Part shown: one piece after another, positions 37,337 through 48,936 of the stretch
Layout: the number at the start of each line of letters is the position of its first letter
How positions within the stretch are numbered: the stretch's first letter is position 1
Assembly (NCBI GenBank): GCA_934119965.1
Contig: CAKOTA010000002.1
Location: 37,988-101,987, forward strand
Length of the DNA stretch: 64,000 nt
DNA from: an uncultured Bacilli bacterium
Lineage (GTDB): Bacteria; Bacillota_I; Bacilli_A; RF39; UBA660
Reading direction: 5' to 3'
Position numbers and translations under genes: made by a program
Notes under the pieces: model-generated
Seen by the model: the letters and a program-made list of their open reading frames with translations, nothing else
What the model was told of the DNA's origin: nothing
Databases searched by the model: none

Positions 37337-38126
37337 TGTGTATCACCAACTGTTCATATGGTATTTCAATATTATTTTTATCTAATTCTATTTTTATTTG
37401 TTTTAATATTTCTCTTTTTGTTTCATATTGTTTCATAGGTTTAACTTCTGCTTCTATTCTAAACACCACTGATGATGAATCTAATTTTTCTATTCCTAAT
37501 AATCTTATTTCTCTTGTAATGTTAGGATTTTTTATTTTTTTAAATAGATTATTTAAAACTTTTTCTATTTTATCGATGTCTTCATCGTAAGAAAGACCTA
37601 AATCTATTAAGACTAAAGAGTGATCTAAACTATGATTTATTACTTGATCAATGTTTCTGTTAGCAATAAATATTATTTCACCTTCATAATTTCTTAGTTT
37701 AGTTGTTTTTATTCCTAACGATATCACTTCACCTTTATTGCCATTTATTGTTACTGTATCACCAATTGTATATTGATTTTCAATAATAATTGATATTCCT
37801 GATAATAAATCTTTTAGAATATCTTGAAATGCTAAACCAGCTATTAAACTTACTATTCCAAGTGATGCTAAAATAGCTGATGTATTAATTCCATAGATAT
37901 TTAGTATTACTATTATTGCAACTATTATTAAGAAATATTTTACTAAGTTATTTACTAAACTAAATAGTGTTCTTTTTCTTTTTATATCTTTGGTATTTAT
38001 ATTTAATTTAATTATTTTTTTTATGGTTTTATTTACTATTAAGTATATTGAAATGCATATTATTATAATTAAAATTGGACATATTACTTTTTGATAAAAT
38101 ATAATTTCTGTCATTATATCACTCAC
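37329..38126 (-). CDS. small-conductance mechanosensitive channel (MscS family)
   Basis: 3 TM, then ...ENQYTIGDTVTINGNKGEVISLGIKTTKLRNYEGEIIFIANRNI... Track start 38126 is a GTG overlapping the parB stop; ATG 38114 is an alternative. Confidence 0.85.
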   Translation of the reverse strand: MSDIMTEIIFYQKVICPILIIIICISIYLIVNKTIKKIIKLNINTKDIKRKRTLFSLVNNLVKYFLIIVAIIVILNIYGINTSAILASLGIVSLIAGLAFQDILKDLLSGISIIIENQYTIGDTVTINGNKGEVISLGIKTTKLRNYEGEIIFIANRNIDQVINHSLDHSLVLIDLGLSYDEDIDKIEKVLNNLFKKIKNPNITREIRLLGIEKLDSSSVVFRIEAEVKPMKQYETKREILKQIKIELDKNNIEIPYEQLVIHNA

Positions 38127-38997
38127 TTACATTTAATATTTCTAAAATTCTATTTAAATCCGCCACATTTGTATATGATATTTCAATTTTTTTATCATTT
38201 ATTTTTACTTTTGTATCTAATTTTTCTCTTAGTAAATCTTCAACATATTTTAAATCATTATTAGTTGTTTCTTTTTTATGAATTTTATGTTTTCTTTCAA
38301 AGTTGTTTGTTGATGTTAATTCTTCAGTATTTCTAACTGATATATTTTCATTGATTATTTTATCAGCCATTTCTCTTATTTGATTTTCATTATCTAGCTT
38401 ACTTAATATTCTAGCATGACCCATACTTATTTTAGAATTGTTTACTAATTCCTGAATATCTGTTGGTAATCTAAGTAATCCTATTATATTTGTTATATGG
38501 CTTCTACTTTTTCCAACTTTTTTAGATAATTCATCTTGTGTCAAATGAAGGTTTTCTAGTAATGATTTATAAGCTACTGCTTCTTCGATTGCTGTTAAAT
38601 TCTCTCTTTGTAAATTTTCTAATAAAGCAATTTCCATCATTTGTTCATCAGTAAAGTCTCTAATAATTGCTGGAATATGGGTTAAACCGGCTAATTTTGA
38701 AGCTCTTACCCTTCTTTCACCTGCTACTATTTCGTAACCTTTTATACTTTTTTTAATTATTATTGGTTGAAATACACCGTGTTCTTTAATTGACTCAGAT
38801 AGTTCTTTTAATGCTTCTTCATCAAATATTTTTCTAGGTTGATATGGATTTACTCTTAATTCAGACAAATCTATTTCTATTATTTCATCTTTATGAGCAT
38901 TCTCAACTATTGTTTTTTCGAAACTTTCAATGTCTAAATTTTCGTTATTAAATAATTCTTCTAAACCACGACCTAATGCTCTTTTTTTAGTTTCCAT
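38119..38997 (-). CDS. parB: chromosome partitioning protein ParB/Spo0J
   Basis: ...[55 protein letters not shown]... with [39 protein letters not shown] (Spo0J type). Confidence 0.92.
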   Translation of the reverse strand: METKKRALGRGLEELFNNENLDIESFEKTIVENAHKDEIIEIDLSELRVNPYQPRKIFDEEALKELSESIKEHGVFQPIIIKKSIKGYEIVAGERRVRASKLAGLTHIPAIIRDFTDEQMMEIALLENLQRENLTAIEEAVAYKSLLENLHLTQDELSKKVGKSRSHITNIIGLLRLPTDIQELVNNSKISMGHARILSKLDNENQIREMADKIINENISVRNTEELTSTNNFERKHKIHKKETTNNDLKYVEDLLREKLDTKVKINDKKIEISYTNVADLNRILEILNVSE

Positions 38998-39772
38998 TTC
39001 TTTCTATCACCTCTTTAGCCAAATTTAAATATGCTTCAGAACCTCTACTTTGTGGATCATATGCAATTATAGGTTTACCGTGACTTGGTGCTTCTGAAAG
39101 TCTTACAAGTCTTGGTATTATAGTATCATATACTCTTTCTTTGAAATAACTTTTTATTTCTTCTACTACTTCTAATCCTAAGTTTGTTCTGCTATCTAGC
39201 ATTGTTAATAATACCCCTTCAATATCTAATGTTGGATTTAAACTTTTTTGTGCCATTACTATTGTGTTTAATAATTGCATTATTCCTTCTAGAGCAAAAA
39301 ATTCACATTGTACCGGAATTATTACTGAATGAGCAGCTGTTAAAGCATTTGTTGTTAAAATTCCTAATGAAGGAGGGCAATCAATTATTATATAGTCAAA
39401 TGTATCTGTTACTTGATCTAAATATTTTTTTAATTGACTTCCTTTTACAAATGTGTTGTCATTATTTTGCATTTGCATTAGTTCAAAATCGATACCTGCT
39501 AAATTAATGGTTGCAGGTATTACATATAGATTTTTGAATTTTGTTTTAATTATTACTTCATTTAGTGTTGCTTGATCTTTTAATAATTCATACATACTTT
39601 TATTATAGTCAGATTTATCAATTCCAACTCCTGTTGTAGAATTACCTTGTGGATCTAAGTCTACTAGTAATACTTTTTTCTTTAATACTCCTAAAGAAGC
39701 TGCTAAATTTATACTTGATGTAGTTTTTCCTACTCCACCTTTTTGATTTACTAAGGCTATTATTTTTCCCAT
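38987..39772 (-). CDS. parA: chromosome partitioning ATPase ParA/Soj
   Basis: [28 protein letters not shown]...[12 protein letters not shown]...[10 protein letters not shown]... Confidence 0.94.
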   Translation of the reverse strand: MGKIIALVNQKGGVGKTTSSINLAASLGVLKKKVLLVDLDPQGNSTTGVGIDKSDYNKSMYELLKDQATLNEVIIKTKFKNLYVIPATINLAGIDFELMQMQNNDNTFVKGSQLKKYLDQVTDTFDYIIIDCPPSLGILTTNALTAAHSVIIPVQCEFFALEGIMQLLNTIVMAQKSLNPTLDIEGVLLTMLDSRTNLGLEVVEEIKSYFKERVYDTIIPRLVRLSEAPSHGKPIIAYDPQSRGSEAYLNLAKEVIERNGN

Positions 39773-39793
39773 AACATCACCATTTCTTATTTA

Positions 39794-39825
39794 TTACAAT
39801 ATATATATTTTATCATATATTGTAA
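39794..39825 (-). promoter_or_regulatory. 11-bp perfect inverted repeat coinciding with the candidate parA promoter
   Basis: TTACAATATAT (39794-39804) / ATATATTGTAA (39815-39825), 10-nt spacer. On the minus strand the arms supply TTACAA (-35), 16 nt, TATATT (-10), about 20-50 nt upstream of parA. Confidence 0.4.
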
Positions 39826-39846
39826 AAAAATGATAGTATATGATAA

Positions 39847-39873
39847 TAAAAAGGTCAATTTTTAAATTGACCT
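39847..39873 (-). terminator. rho-independent terminator after ftsH
   Basis: Stem AGGTCAATTT/AAATTGACCT followed by T5 on the minus strand. Confidence 0.7.
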
Positions 39874-39881
39874 CATTTATT

Positions 39882-41765
39882 CTATTTATCTTCTTTTTTT
39901 GTTGTTTTTTTAGGTGTTTCGTCTTGTTCTTTTATTTCTTCGTCTGGCAATTCACCGTGTTCAACTAAATATTCTATTTCTTCTTTTGTAATTGTTTCTT
40001 TTTTTAGAAGTGATTCTGCTATTAAAGTTAATAAATCCATATTTGCTTTGATTATTTCTTTTGTTTTTTCGTAGCATTCATTTATTATTTTTCTTTGTTC
40101 TTGATCAATTTCAAATGCTACTTGTCCTGAGAAATTTCTAGATTTATTGTAATCTCTACCTAAGAATACACTACCTTCTTGTTGTTCAAATTGAACTGGT
40201 CCCAAATCACTCATACCATATTCTGTAACCATTGCACGAGCTATTTTTGTTGCTCTTTCAAAATCGTTGTGTGCTCCTGTTGTTATTTCATTAAATACTA
40301 ATTCTTCGGCTACTCTACCACCAAGATATCCACTTATAGTTGCTAAAAGTTCAGTTTTAGTTTGTAAATAAGTTTCTTCTCTTGGTTGCATTAAATTATA
40401 TCCACCTGCTTGACCACGAGGTATTATTGTTATTTTTTGAACCTCATTTGCGCCATCTAGTTTTAATCCCATTACAGCATGGCCTGCTTCGTGGAAAGCA
40501 ACAACTCTTTTTTCGTGATCAGTGTATTTATGACTGATTTTAGCTGGTCCCATTAATACTCTATCGTGAGCTTCATCTATTTCAGCCATTGTAATTAATT
40601 GTTTATTTCTTCTTACTGCTAATAATGCAGCTTCATTTAATAGATTTTCTAGATCAGCTCCACTGAATCCTATTGTTCTAGCAGCTATATTTTCTAATTT
40701 TACATTTTTAGCAAATATTTTGTTTTTAGCATGAACTTCTAGAATTTCTTTTCTTCCTTTTACGTCTGGTAAGTTTACTGTTACTTGTCTATCAAATCTT
40801 CCTGGTCTTAAAAGTGCTGGATCCAAAACATCTGGTCTATTTGTTGCAGCAATAATAATAATTCCTTCATTTGCACCAAATCCATCCATTTCAGTTAATA
40901 ATTGGTTAAGTGTTTGTTCACGTTCATCGTGTCCTCCACCTAAGCCAGCTCCTCTTTGGCGACCTACGGCATCTATTTCATCAATAAATATTAAGCAAGG
41001 TGCATTATGCTTTGCTTGTTTGAACATATCTCTAACACGGCTTGCTCCAACACCTACAAATAGTTCAACAAAGTCTGAACCACTTATAAAATAAAATGGA
41101 ACATTTGCTTCTCCTGCTACAGCACGAGCTAATAATGTTTTACCAGTTCCTGGAGGGCCTTGTAATAAAACACCTTTTGGAATTCTGGCTCCTAATTTTG
41201 TAAATTTTTTAGGATTTTTCAAGAAGTCTATTAATTCTTGAACTTCTTCTTTTTCTTCATCTAGTCCAGCAACATCTTTAAATGTTACTTTTTTAGTGTC
41301 TTCATTTAATTTTGCTCTACTTTTTCCAAAATCCATTGATTTATTTGCAGCACCCATTTGTTTTGATATAAATAAGAATGCTACTATTAGTAAAATCATT
41401 GTTGGTAGTACATTTAATATGAATGATAATAATGTACTTGAAGCTGGATCTGCTTCTGTGTTAATTTTCATATCAGAGTCTAGTATTTCAGCTACTACTT
41501 TATCTGATAATGGTGCTTTTAGATAGAATTTTTCTTTACCTTTTTCTGTCTTTATTACACCTGATATTTCATATATTCCTGCTGTTTTTCTTGGTACTAT
41601 TGTTAATTCTTCAACATTTTTTTCATTGATTTCATTAACAAATTTGTCATATGATAATTCTATTACTCTATTACTTGACATATTCATAAAGAATAGAACA
41701 CTAATCATAAATATAACTAAAAAACCATAAGGAACTACTGTTTTTTGCATTTTTTTTCTGTTCAT
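39882..41765 (-). CDS. ftsH: ATP-dependent zinc metalloprotease FtsH
   Basis: Two TM, AAA module [18 protein letters not shown]...[10 protein letters not shown], Zn site HEAGHA. Confidence 0.97.
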   Translation of the reverse strand: MNRKKMQKTVVPYGFLVIFMISVLFFMNMSSNRVIELSYDKFVNEINEKNVEELTIVPRKTAGIYEISGVIKTEKGKEKFYLKAPLSDKVVAEILDSDMKINTEADPASSTLLSFILNVLPTMILLIVAFLFISKQMGAANKSMDFGKSRAKLNEDTKKVTFKDVAGLDEEKEEVQELIDFLKNPKKFTKLGARIPKGVLLQGPPGTGKTLLARAVAGEANVPFYFISGSDFVELFVGVGASRVRDMFKQAKHNAPCLIFIDEIDAVGRQRGAGLGGGHDEREQTLNQLLTEMDGFGANEGIIIIAATNRPDVLDPALLRPGRFDRQVTVNLPDVKGRKEILEVHAKNKIFAKNVKLENIAARTIGFSGADLENLLNEAALLAVRRNKQLITMAEIDEAHDRVLMGPAKISHKYTDHEKRVVAFHEAGHAVMGLKLDGANEVQKITIIPRGQAGGYNLMQPREETYLQTKTELLATISGYLGGRVAEELVFNEITTGAHNDFERATKIARAMVTEYGMSDLGPVQFEQQEGSVFLGRDYNKSRNFSGQVAFEIDQEQRKIINECYEKTKEIIKANMDLLTLIAESLLKKETITKEEIEYLVEHGELPDEEIKEQDETPKKTTKKEDK

Positions 41766-41776
41766 ATTTTTCCTCC

Positions 41777-43105
41777 TTAGTAATATTTAAGTATTATATC
41801 ACATTTTTCATTTTTTTGCTTATCAAATTTCGATTTTTTTAATCCTGGTAACCAAACTACTGTATCACAAGCGTCTACTACTACTGGCCACATATCTCTA
41901 TCGTTTACTTTTATTTTCTCATTTATAAAGATATCATTTATTTTTTTGCTAGTTAACATCCCTTTTATATGTATACGGTCTCCATTTTTCCTAGTTCTTA
42001 CTCTTAGTGGAAATTTAACATCATTTTTACTTAATCGACATATAAAATTATTATTTAAGTCTGTTTCATTTATTACTTCTATATTTTTTCCGTTTGGAAG
42101 ACTTAAATAGTCAATTATTTCTATTTCATATTCATTTGGTTTTATTTCTTCTGATACAAATATTAATTCATTATATTGTTTTATTGCTTTCAAATTGTTT
42201 GGTAAATATATATATGCATTAGCTTTTTTTGATTTTATTAAATTATATATTAATTCAGCATGATGATCTGTTATCAACATTAAATCTTCTTGATATATTT
42301 TTTCTAATATATAATATATAACTTTCATAGCAATTACATTCTCTAGTTTTTCAAATTCGACAATATTTAGAATATTTTGTGGAAACACTTCTGGTATTAT
42401 TTTTTCGACTTGTTTATCGATATAATTATTATATTCTAATAATATAGTACTAAATTTATAAAACTTTTTATGTACGTTTTTGTCTTCTTTTTTGAATTCT
42501 GGAACTATATATTTACGATATCTATTTCTTGTATGAATATCTTCATTGTTTGTACTATCAATAAAATAATGAATTCGATGTTTTTTATTATATTCAATTA
42601 AATCAGCTTTAGTAACTTCAATAAATGGTCTTACTATTTTATAATTTCCACGATTTACTATTTTACTAAATCCACTATATCCTCTTAATGTTGATCCTCG
42701 AGTTAACCTCATAAGAATTGTTTCCATTAAATCGTCGCCATGATGTGCAGTAAACAAGTATTTAGCATTATATTCTTTTACTAGTTTTTCAAAATAGTTA
42801 TATCTTTTAGTTCTAGCTTCATTTTCAAAATTATCATCACCATAGTCTTCTATTGTCATTGTTTCAAATATAATATTATTGTTTCTACAAAATCTTTCTA
42901 CATATCTTTGTTCTTCTAATTGACCAGGTCTACCTGTGTTATGATTAACATGAGCACATATTACTTCAATGTCGATTGCTTTTTTTAATCTTGCTAAAAT
43001 ATGAATTAGGGCCATTGAATCAGGTCCACCAGATATAGCTGCTACTATGGCATCACCATATTTTATATGTAGCTCCTTTAGTAAAAAATCGTATACACTA
43101 TCCAT
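41777..43105 (-). CDS. tilS: tRNA(Ile)-lysidine synthase TilS
   Basis: PP-loop AISGGPDSMAL, ...TAHHGDDLMETILMRL... The expected hpt gene between tilS and ftsH is absent. Confidence 0.9.
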   Translation of the reverse strand: MDSVYDFLLKELHIKYGDAIVAAISGGPDSMALIHILARLKKAIDIEVICAHVNHNTGRPGQLEEQRYVERFCRNNNIIFETMTIEDYGDDNFENEARTKRYNYFEKLVKEYNAKYLFTAHHGDDLMETILMRLTRGSTLRGYSGFSKIVNRGNYKIVRPFIEVTKADLIEYNKKHRIHYFIDSTNNEDIHTRNRYRKYIVPEFKKEDKNVHKKFYKFSTILLEYNNYIDKQVEKIIPEVFPQNILNIVEFEKLENVIAMKVIYYILEKIYQEDLMLITDHHAELIYNLIKSKKANAYIYLPNNLKAIKQYNELIFVSEEIKPNEYEIEIIDYLSLPNGKNIEVINETDLNNNFICRLSKNDVKFPLRVRTRKNGDRIHIKGMLTSKKINDIFINEKIKVNDRDMWPVVVDACDTVVWLPGLKKSKFDKQKNEKCDIILKYY

Positions 43106-43189
43106 ACCAACACCTCTAATATATTTTATAATATATATTAAAATTTAACAAGTAATAAAAGAAAAAAAGTATTTTTTATACTTTTTTCG

Positions 43190-44023
43190 CTATTTGTAAA
43201 CAATTGTTCCTGATAAATAGAATGCATTATCAAATGTCTTAACATAGAAAGCACTATTGCTTGTTCCATTTGTTGTCAACATACGCTTAACATTTACTTT
43301 AAATATTAATTTGCTTCCAGATATTTCTACAGATGTATAAGTTTTAGTACTATTATTTGATGCTAGTGATCCATATATTTCGCCATGATAAGTGTTATTC
43401 TCACACCATGTGTATGTTGTTTTTTCACTACCGAAACCAGTTTTATCGGTAGTTGTTAATAAGTGATGCCCACTATCAACTGCAAAATAACATATATCAT
43501 TAGGATATGTTGCCATCAATGACCTTGTATACCAATAATTTGCTGTCGCACTAGAAGAAGCTGCACTATATCCTCGACTATATCTAAAACCATATGTAAA
43601 TGGATCATCATAAAATTTTGTTGGTGTCAAATATATCTGAGCGTTAGAAACCTCAGATGGTGTAAAACCTAAATCCATTTCAAACGAAACATAACCACCT
43701 TCGTAATCACAGCTACCACCTGAACAATTTGTTGTTTTTTGATATGACATTACTATCCACTTATCATTAGTATAATCCGCATGAGTTCCACTTACAGTAG
43801 CGTCTTCATTAGTGAAACTATATACCTTGTATTTATCATCATTTTCTTTTGATTTAGCATATAAATCATCCAATGCTTCATTTACATTCATACTTTCACC
43901 ACTACTTGGTTTATATGAAATATCTGTCGCATTATATAAAGTTGCTGCATATAATGTTCCACTTGCCACAACTATTGTTGTAATAATAATTGTAAATATT
44001 CTGCTTTTTAAAATTTTTTTCAC
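43190..44023 (-). CDS. secreted/anchored hypothetical protein (277 aa)
   Basis: N-terminal signal or anchor MKKILKSRIFTIIITTIVVASGTLYA, then a Ser/Thr/Tyr/Gly-rich, probably beta-rich body with 5 Cys. No family recognised. Confidence 0.55.
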   Translation of the reverse strand: MKKILKSRIFTIIITTIVVASGTLYAATLYNATDISYKPSSGESMNVNEALDDLYAKSKENDDKYKVYSFTNEDATVSGTHADYTNDKWIVMSYQKTTNCSGGSCDYEGGYVSFEMDLGFTPSEVSNAQIYLTPTKFYDDPFTYGFRYSRGYSAASSSATANYWYTRSLMATYPNDICYFAVDSGHHLLTTTDKTGFGSEKTTYTWCENNTYHGEIYGSLASNNSTKTYTSVEISGSKLIFKVNVKRMLTTNGTSNSAFYVKTFDNAFYLSGTIVYK

Positions 44024-44130
44024 TGTATCACTACTCTCTATTTAAAGATATTATATCATTTATGTATTGCAAAACGCAATGCTTATTTTGTAGATGTTAT
44101 GTATTACAATTTTATTAGGAGTGATACTAT

Positions 44131-44310
44131 ATGACTTTTAAAATTAATGTAGTAAGAAAAGAAACAGAAAATAAAACTATTAGATTTCCATTAGATTTAA
44201 TCAATGACATTGAATCAGCAATCACAAATACTGATATAACATTTTCAAAATTTGTAATTGAAGCTTGTAAATACGCTTTAGAAAATATGGAAACTGAACC
44301 AACTAAATAA
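44131..44310 (+). CDS. ribbon-helix-helix (Arc/CopG-like) small DNA-binding protein
   Basis: Hand-found, 59 aa: MTFKINVVRKETENKTIRFPLDLINDIESAITNTDITFSKFVIEACKYALENMETEPTK*. SD AGGAG 8 nt upstream, and a terminator directly downstream. Confidence 0.6.
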   Translation: MTFKINVVRKETENKTIRFPLDLINDIESAITNTDITFSKFVIEACKYALENMETEPTK

Positions 44311-44345
44311 AAATATCACTCATTTTATATAGTGATATTTTTTTA
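44311..44345. terminator. hairpin terminator between the convergent RHH gene and the small multidrug-export-like gene
   Basis: 10-bp stem AAATATCACT/AGTGATATTT, 10-nt loop, T-run on the plus strand. Confidence 0.65.
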
Positions 44346-44361
44346 TAAAGTTATTCAACAA

Positions 44362-44877
44362 TTAACCAATTATTCCCTTTAAAACACCAAATGATAAAAT
44401 CATCATTATTATTCCAGCTAAAAGAACACCTAAAGTTGCTGCTAAAAAAGATTTTTTCTTATTCATATCAAGTAATGCAGCAATTAAACATCCAGTCCAA
44501 GCACCTGTTCCAGGTAAAGGAATTCCTACAAATAATAATAATCCCAAAAATTCATATTTCTCAATTTGTTCTTTTTTAGACATTGCTTTATTTTCTAATT
44601 TAGTTGCTAAACCACTAAATAATTTTGTTTTTTTCATTTTATTGAATAATGGTGTGATAAACCATAAAATAAATGGTATAGGTATTATATTTCCTAAAAA
44701 ACAAACAATAAAACTTGTAACTGGGTTCATATCTAATAATGAAGCTGCTATTAGACCGCCTCTTAATTCTAGAATTGGTAACATTGAAATAATAAATACA
44801 ATTAATTCTTTACCAAACGCTAAAGATGTTAACCCACCAAATAATCCTACTAAATTTTTTGCTAACTTATCTGTCAC
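44362..44877 (-). CDS. small multidrug export-like membrane protein (COG2426 / Sm_multidrug_ex pattern)
   Basis: ...ISMLPILELRGGLIAASLL...GNIIPIPFILWF... GTG start 44877 behind GGGAG. Confidence 0.65.
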   Translation of the reverse strand: MTDKLAKNLVGLFGGLTSLAFGKELIVFIISMLPILELRGGLIAASLLDMNPVTSFIVCFLGNIIPIPFILWFITPLFNKMKKTKLFSGLATKLENKAMSKKEQIEKYEFLGLLLFVGIPLPGTGAWTGCLIAALLDMNKKKSFLAATLGVLLAGIIMMILSFGVLKGIIG

Positions 44878-44879
44878 AA

Positions 44880-45764
44880 TTACATCTCCCTATCTTTTAT
44901 TAAACTTGTAGCAGCTATTGCTCCTTCAGATGCTGCTGTTATAATTTGATAAACATCTTTTTTTATAACGTCTCCACAAGCATATAAACCTTTTATATTA
45001 GTTCTCATACTATTATCTACTATAATATAATTATTTTCTTTATTTACATCAATATTCAAATAATCTAAGTTAGGTGTTAATCCTATATATATGAATATTC
45101 CGGAACAATTAATTATTCCTTTATTTGTATTAACTGACACTATTTTTTCATTGTCACTATTAATACTATCAATGGTACAATTATAAATTATTTCGATATT
45201 TTGTTTACTAAATACTTCTTCTTGCAATATTTTTGTTGCTCTTAAATTTTCACTTCGATTTAAAATAGTTACTTTTTTACATATTTTTGATAAATATAAA
45301 CTTTCTTCAAAGGCACTATTTCCTCCACCAACAACAACTACTTCCAAATCTTTATATAAAGCTCCATCGCATAAAGCACAATAGCTAACACCTTTACCAA
45401 TAAATTCATCTTCTATTCCTAATCTATTTGGAGTTCTTCCTGTTGCGATTACAACGTTTTTAGCTATATATTTTTCTTTATTTGTTTCAACAATAAAATT
45501 AACTTCTTTTGTGACATTAATTACTTTTTCATATTTTAATGGAATATTCATTGCATTAATTTGATCGTGAATATTCATAACTAATGTTGGACCATCTACT
45601 TTTGTAAAACCTGGATAATTTTCAACATTAGAAGTATTATTTATTTGACCACCAGGAATATAACTTTCAAATATTAATATATCTAAATTTGCTCTTTTTA
45701 AATATATTGCCGCAGACATTCCTGATATACCTGAACCTACTACAATTGCATCATATATTTTCAT
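44880..45764 (-). CDS. trxB: thioredoxin-disulfide reductase
   Basis: FAD motif VVGSGISGMSAAIY, redox CALCDG, NAD motif VVVGGGNSAFEE, ...YACGDV... Confidence 0.9.
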   Translation of the reverse strand: MKIYDAIVVGSGISGMSAAIYLKRANLDILIFESYIPGGQINNTSNVENYPGFTKVDGPTLVMNIHDQINAMNIPLKYEKVINVTKEVNFIVETNKEKYIAKNVVIATGRTPNRLGIEDEFIGKGVSYCALCDGALYKDLEVVVVGGGNSAFEESLYLSKICKKVTILNRSENLRATKILQEEVFSKQNIEIIYNCTIDSINSDNEKIVSVNTNKGIINCSGIFIYIGLTPNLDYLNIDVNKENNYIIVDNSMRTNIKGLYACGDVIKKDVYQIITAASEGAIAATSLIKDREM

Positions 45765-45766
45765 AG

Positions 45767-46528
45767 TTATTTCTCCCTATTCCTTATTAATATAATTGCA
45801 CCTATGATAATTCCTAAAATTGAAACTAATTGAGCTATTCTTAATGTTCCAAAGTATAAACTATCTTGTCTTAAAGATTCTATTAAAAATCTCCCTATTC
45901 CATACCATATTAAATATGTACTAAAGGTAGTTCCTTTTTTAAAGGCTCTACTTTTTTTCATAAATAATAATATTAAAAATCCAATTAAACACCATAATGA
46001 TTCATATAAAAAGGTTGGATGATAATAGTTACCATTAATATGCATACCATCAATTATAAATTGTGGTATATGTAAGTTCTTAAGTGTTTCTAATGTAGTT
46101 ACTGGACCATAAGCTTCACTATTCATAAAGTTTCCCCAACGACCTATTGCTTGACCTAATATTAAACTTACAACCATAATATCCAAAATTTTAAATGTAT
46201 CTATATTATATTTTTTGGTGTAATAAATTGTAAAAATTAAAGATGCAATAACACCACCATGGATTGCTAAACCACCTTCCCATATTTTAAATATATCTAA
46301 TAAATTATTAGAATAGTAATCTAAATTAAATAAAACATAGTATATTCTAGCACCTATTATTGCTATTGGTATTAAATAAAAGAAATAGTTTGTTATAAAA
46401 TCTTCACTAATATTTTCCTTTTTAGCATTCTTTAGAGCTAAAGTACCTCCTAATAAAAATCCTAAAAATATTATTATAGTATACCAATAAATTTTAATTG
46501 TACCTAAATCTAAGAATATTGGATTCAT
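45767..46528 (-). CDS. lgt: prolipoprotein diacylglyceryl transferase
   Basis: ...IWEGGLAIHGGVIA...GQAIGRWGNFMNSEAYG...HPTFLYESLW... Confidence 0.93.
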   Translation of the reverse strand: MNPIFLDLGTIKIYWYTIIIFLGFLLGGTLALKNAKKENISEDFITNYFFYLIPIAIIGARIYYVLFNLDYYSNNLLDIFKIWEGGLAIHGGVIASLIFTIYYTKKYNIDTFKILDIMVVSLILGQAIGRWGNFMNSEAYGPVTTLETLKNLHIPQFIIDGMHINGNYYHPTFLYESLWCLIGFLILLFMKKSRAFKKGTTFSTYLIWYGIGRFLIESLRQDSLYFGTLRIAQLVSILGIIIGAIILIRNREK

Positions 46529-46530
46529 AA

Positions 46531-46950
46531 TTATTGTTCCTTTCCTATTACTGGTTTTATAACTAATTTATCCATTATCATATTCATAATTGATATTAAA
46601 ATGGCTGCTAAACAAGCTATAAAAATTCCGTGAGTTGTAAAATGATTTCCTAGTATTAAATCAACTATTTTCAAAATAATTACATTTATAAATGGATAAA
46701 ATATGCCTAAAGTAAGGGCTGTTATTGGAATAGTGAATCTTACAATTATTGGTTTTATAGTTTGATTTAATATATATATTACAACAGATGCTATTAAAGC
46801 CCATAATCCGTAATAACTATTATCTATTTGAATTGTATTAGGAAATATCATTGATACAGTTACTAGTATTAATGAATAACCTACCATATATATTAACCAT
46901 TCTAGAAAATTGCTTATTCTTTTTTCATTTGATTTAATTTTTTCTTTCAC
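46531..46950 (-). CDS. phage-holin-4/DUF360 (YvlD-like) membrane protein
   Basis: ...LNQTIKPIIVRFTIPITALTLGIFYPFINVIILKIVDLILG... pattern, 4 TM. Confidence 0.7.
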   Translation of the reverse strand: MKEKIKSNEKRISNFLEWLIYMVGYSLILVTVSMIFPNTIQIDNSYYGLWALIASVVIYILNQTIKPIIVRFTIPITALTLGIFYPFINVIILKIVDLILGNHFTTHGIFIACLAAILISIMNMIMDKLVIKPVIGKEQ

Positions 46951-46986
46951 TTATAGTCACCTTACTTTTGTCTATATTTCATTATA

Positions 46987-48936
46987 CTAAATATTTGCTT
47001 TTAATTCAAATAAAATATCTCTTAATTCTGTTGCTCTTTCAAAATCTAATTCTTTAGCAGCATTATGCATTTCTGTTTCAATTTTATTTATTAATTCCAT
47101 TGTTTCTTTTTTGCTTAATTTTTCTGGTGATTTTTCTTCTATTTCTTTATTATTTGTTACAACTTCTCTTATTTCTTTAATTATTGTTTTAGGAATAATA
47201 TTATGTTCTTTATTATATTTCTCTTGAATAGTTCTTCTTCTTTCTGTTTCTTTAATTGCTTTATTCATTGAATCACTGATTGTATCAGCATACATTATTA
47301 CACGACCATGTTCATTTCTAGCGGCTCTACCTATTGTTTGAATTAAACTTCTATCACTTCTTAAGAATCCCTGTTTATCAGCATCCATTATTGCTACTAA
47401 AGATACTTCTGGAATATCTAATCCTTCTCTTAATAAATTTATTCCAACTAATACATCATATTTACCTAATCTTAAGTCTCTTATTATTTTCATTCTTTCT
47501 AATGTTTTTACTTCACTATGAAGATATGCTACTTTTATATCTAGATTTTTTAAATATGTTGTTAATTCTTCTGCCATTCTTATTGTTAATGTTGTTATTA
47601 ATATTCTTTCATTATTTTTGATTGTATTATTTATTTGTTCTAATAAATCATCTATTTGATTTTTTGTTGGTTTTACTTCAATAGTTGGATCTAATAATCC
47701 AGTTGGTCTTATTATTTGTTCAGCTACTATATTTGATTTTTCTAATTCATAATCACCTGGTGTTGCAGAAATGCAAATTACTTGATTTATTTTGTCTTCA
47801 AATTCATTAAATTTTAACGGTCTATTGTCCATTGCACTTGGTAATCTAAATCCATAATCTACTAATACTTGTTTTCTAGCTTGATCTCCGTTATACATTC
47901 CTCTTACTTGAGGTAGCGTTACATGTGATTCATCTATTACAAGTAAAAAGTCTTTTGGGAAGAAATCTATTAATGTTGTTGGCGTTTCTCCTGGAGCTTT
48001 AAGTGCCAAATGTCGTGAATAGTTTTCAATTCCTCGACAGCTTCCTGTTTCAGCAAGCATTTCTAAGTCATAGTTCGTTCTTTCATTTAATCTTTGATAT
48101 TCTAATAGTTTATTATTTTCTTTAAAATATTTTAATCTTTCATTTAATTCTTCTCTTATGTTTATAACGGCTTTTTTGATTTTTTCATCACTTGTTACGA
48201 AGTGACTGGCGGCAAATAAACTTATTGATTTTTTATTTTGTGTTATGGCTCCTGTTACAGTATCGTATTCATATATTTTTTCAATTTCGTCACCAAAAAA
48301 TTCTATTCTTATCGCTTTTCCGTGAGTATTAATAGGCATTATTTCTAAAATATCGCCTTTTACTCTAAATGTTCCTCTTTTTAATTCTAAATTATTTCTT
48401 TCATAAAACATTTCAATTAGTTTTTCTAATACTTCATCTCTATCTATGTTATCACCTACATTAAGTGTTAACATTTTATTTTCATATTCTTCTTTATCTC
48501 CTATACCATAGATACAAGAAACACTTGCAACTACAATTACATCATCTCTAGTTAATAGTGCAGATGTTGCAGCGTGTCTTAATTCATCTATTTCGTCATT
48601 TATTGATGCATCTTTTTCGATGTAAGTATCTGATGAAGCCACATATGCTTCGGGTTGATAATAATCATAGTAAGAAACAAAGTAACATACGTGATTGTCG
48701 GGGAAGATCTCCTTGAGTTCCGCGTATAATTGCCCTGCAAGTGTCTTATTATGAGCTAAAACTAGGGTTGGCTTGTTTACTTTTTCTATAACATTTGCAA
48801 TCGTAAAAGTTTTTCCAGTTCCAGTTGCACCAAGTAAAACTTGGTATTTTTCACCATTTTCAATTCCTTTAACTAATGCATCTATTGCTTGTGGTTGGTC
48901 CCCACTAGGTGTATATTTTGATTCTAGTTTAAACAT
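46987..48936 (-). CDS. uvrB: excinuclease ABC subunit B
   Basis: [21 protein letters not shown]..., [14 protein letters not shown] box IDESHVT, C-terminal UVR ...[12 protein letters not shown]. No uvrA follows. Confidence 0.97.
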   Translation of the reverse strand: MFKLESKYTPSGDQPQAIDALVKGIENGEKYQVLLGATGTGKTFTIANVIEKVNKPTLVLAHNKTLAGQLYAELKEIFPDNHVCYFVSYYDYYQPEAYVASSDTYIEKDASINDEIDELRHAATSALLTRDDVIVVASVSCIYGIGDKEEYENKMLTLNVGDNIDRDEVLEKLIEMFYERNNLELKRGTFRVKGDILEIMPINTHGKAIRIEFFGDEIEKIYEYDTVTGAITQNKKSISLFAASHFVTSDEKIKKAVINIREELNERLKYFKENNKLLEYQRLNERTNYDLEMLAETGSCRGIENYSRHLALKAPGETPTTLIDFFPKDFLLVIDESHVTLPQVRGMYNGDQARKQVLVDYGFRLPSAMDNRPLKFNEFEDKINQVICISATPGDYELEKSNIVAEQIIRPTGLLDPTIEVKPTKNQIDDLLEQINNTIKNNERILITTLTIRMAEELTTYLKNLDIKVAYLHSEVKTLERMKIIRDLRLGKYDVLVGINLLREGLDIPEVSLVAIMDADKQGFLRSDRSLIQTIGRAARNEHGRVIMYADTISDSMNKAIKETERRRTIQEKYNKEHNIIPKTIIKEIREVVTNNKEIEEKSPEKLSKKETMELINKIETEMHNAAKELDFERATELRDILFELKANI

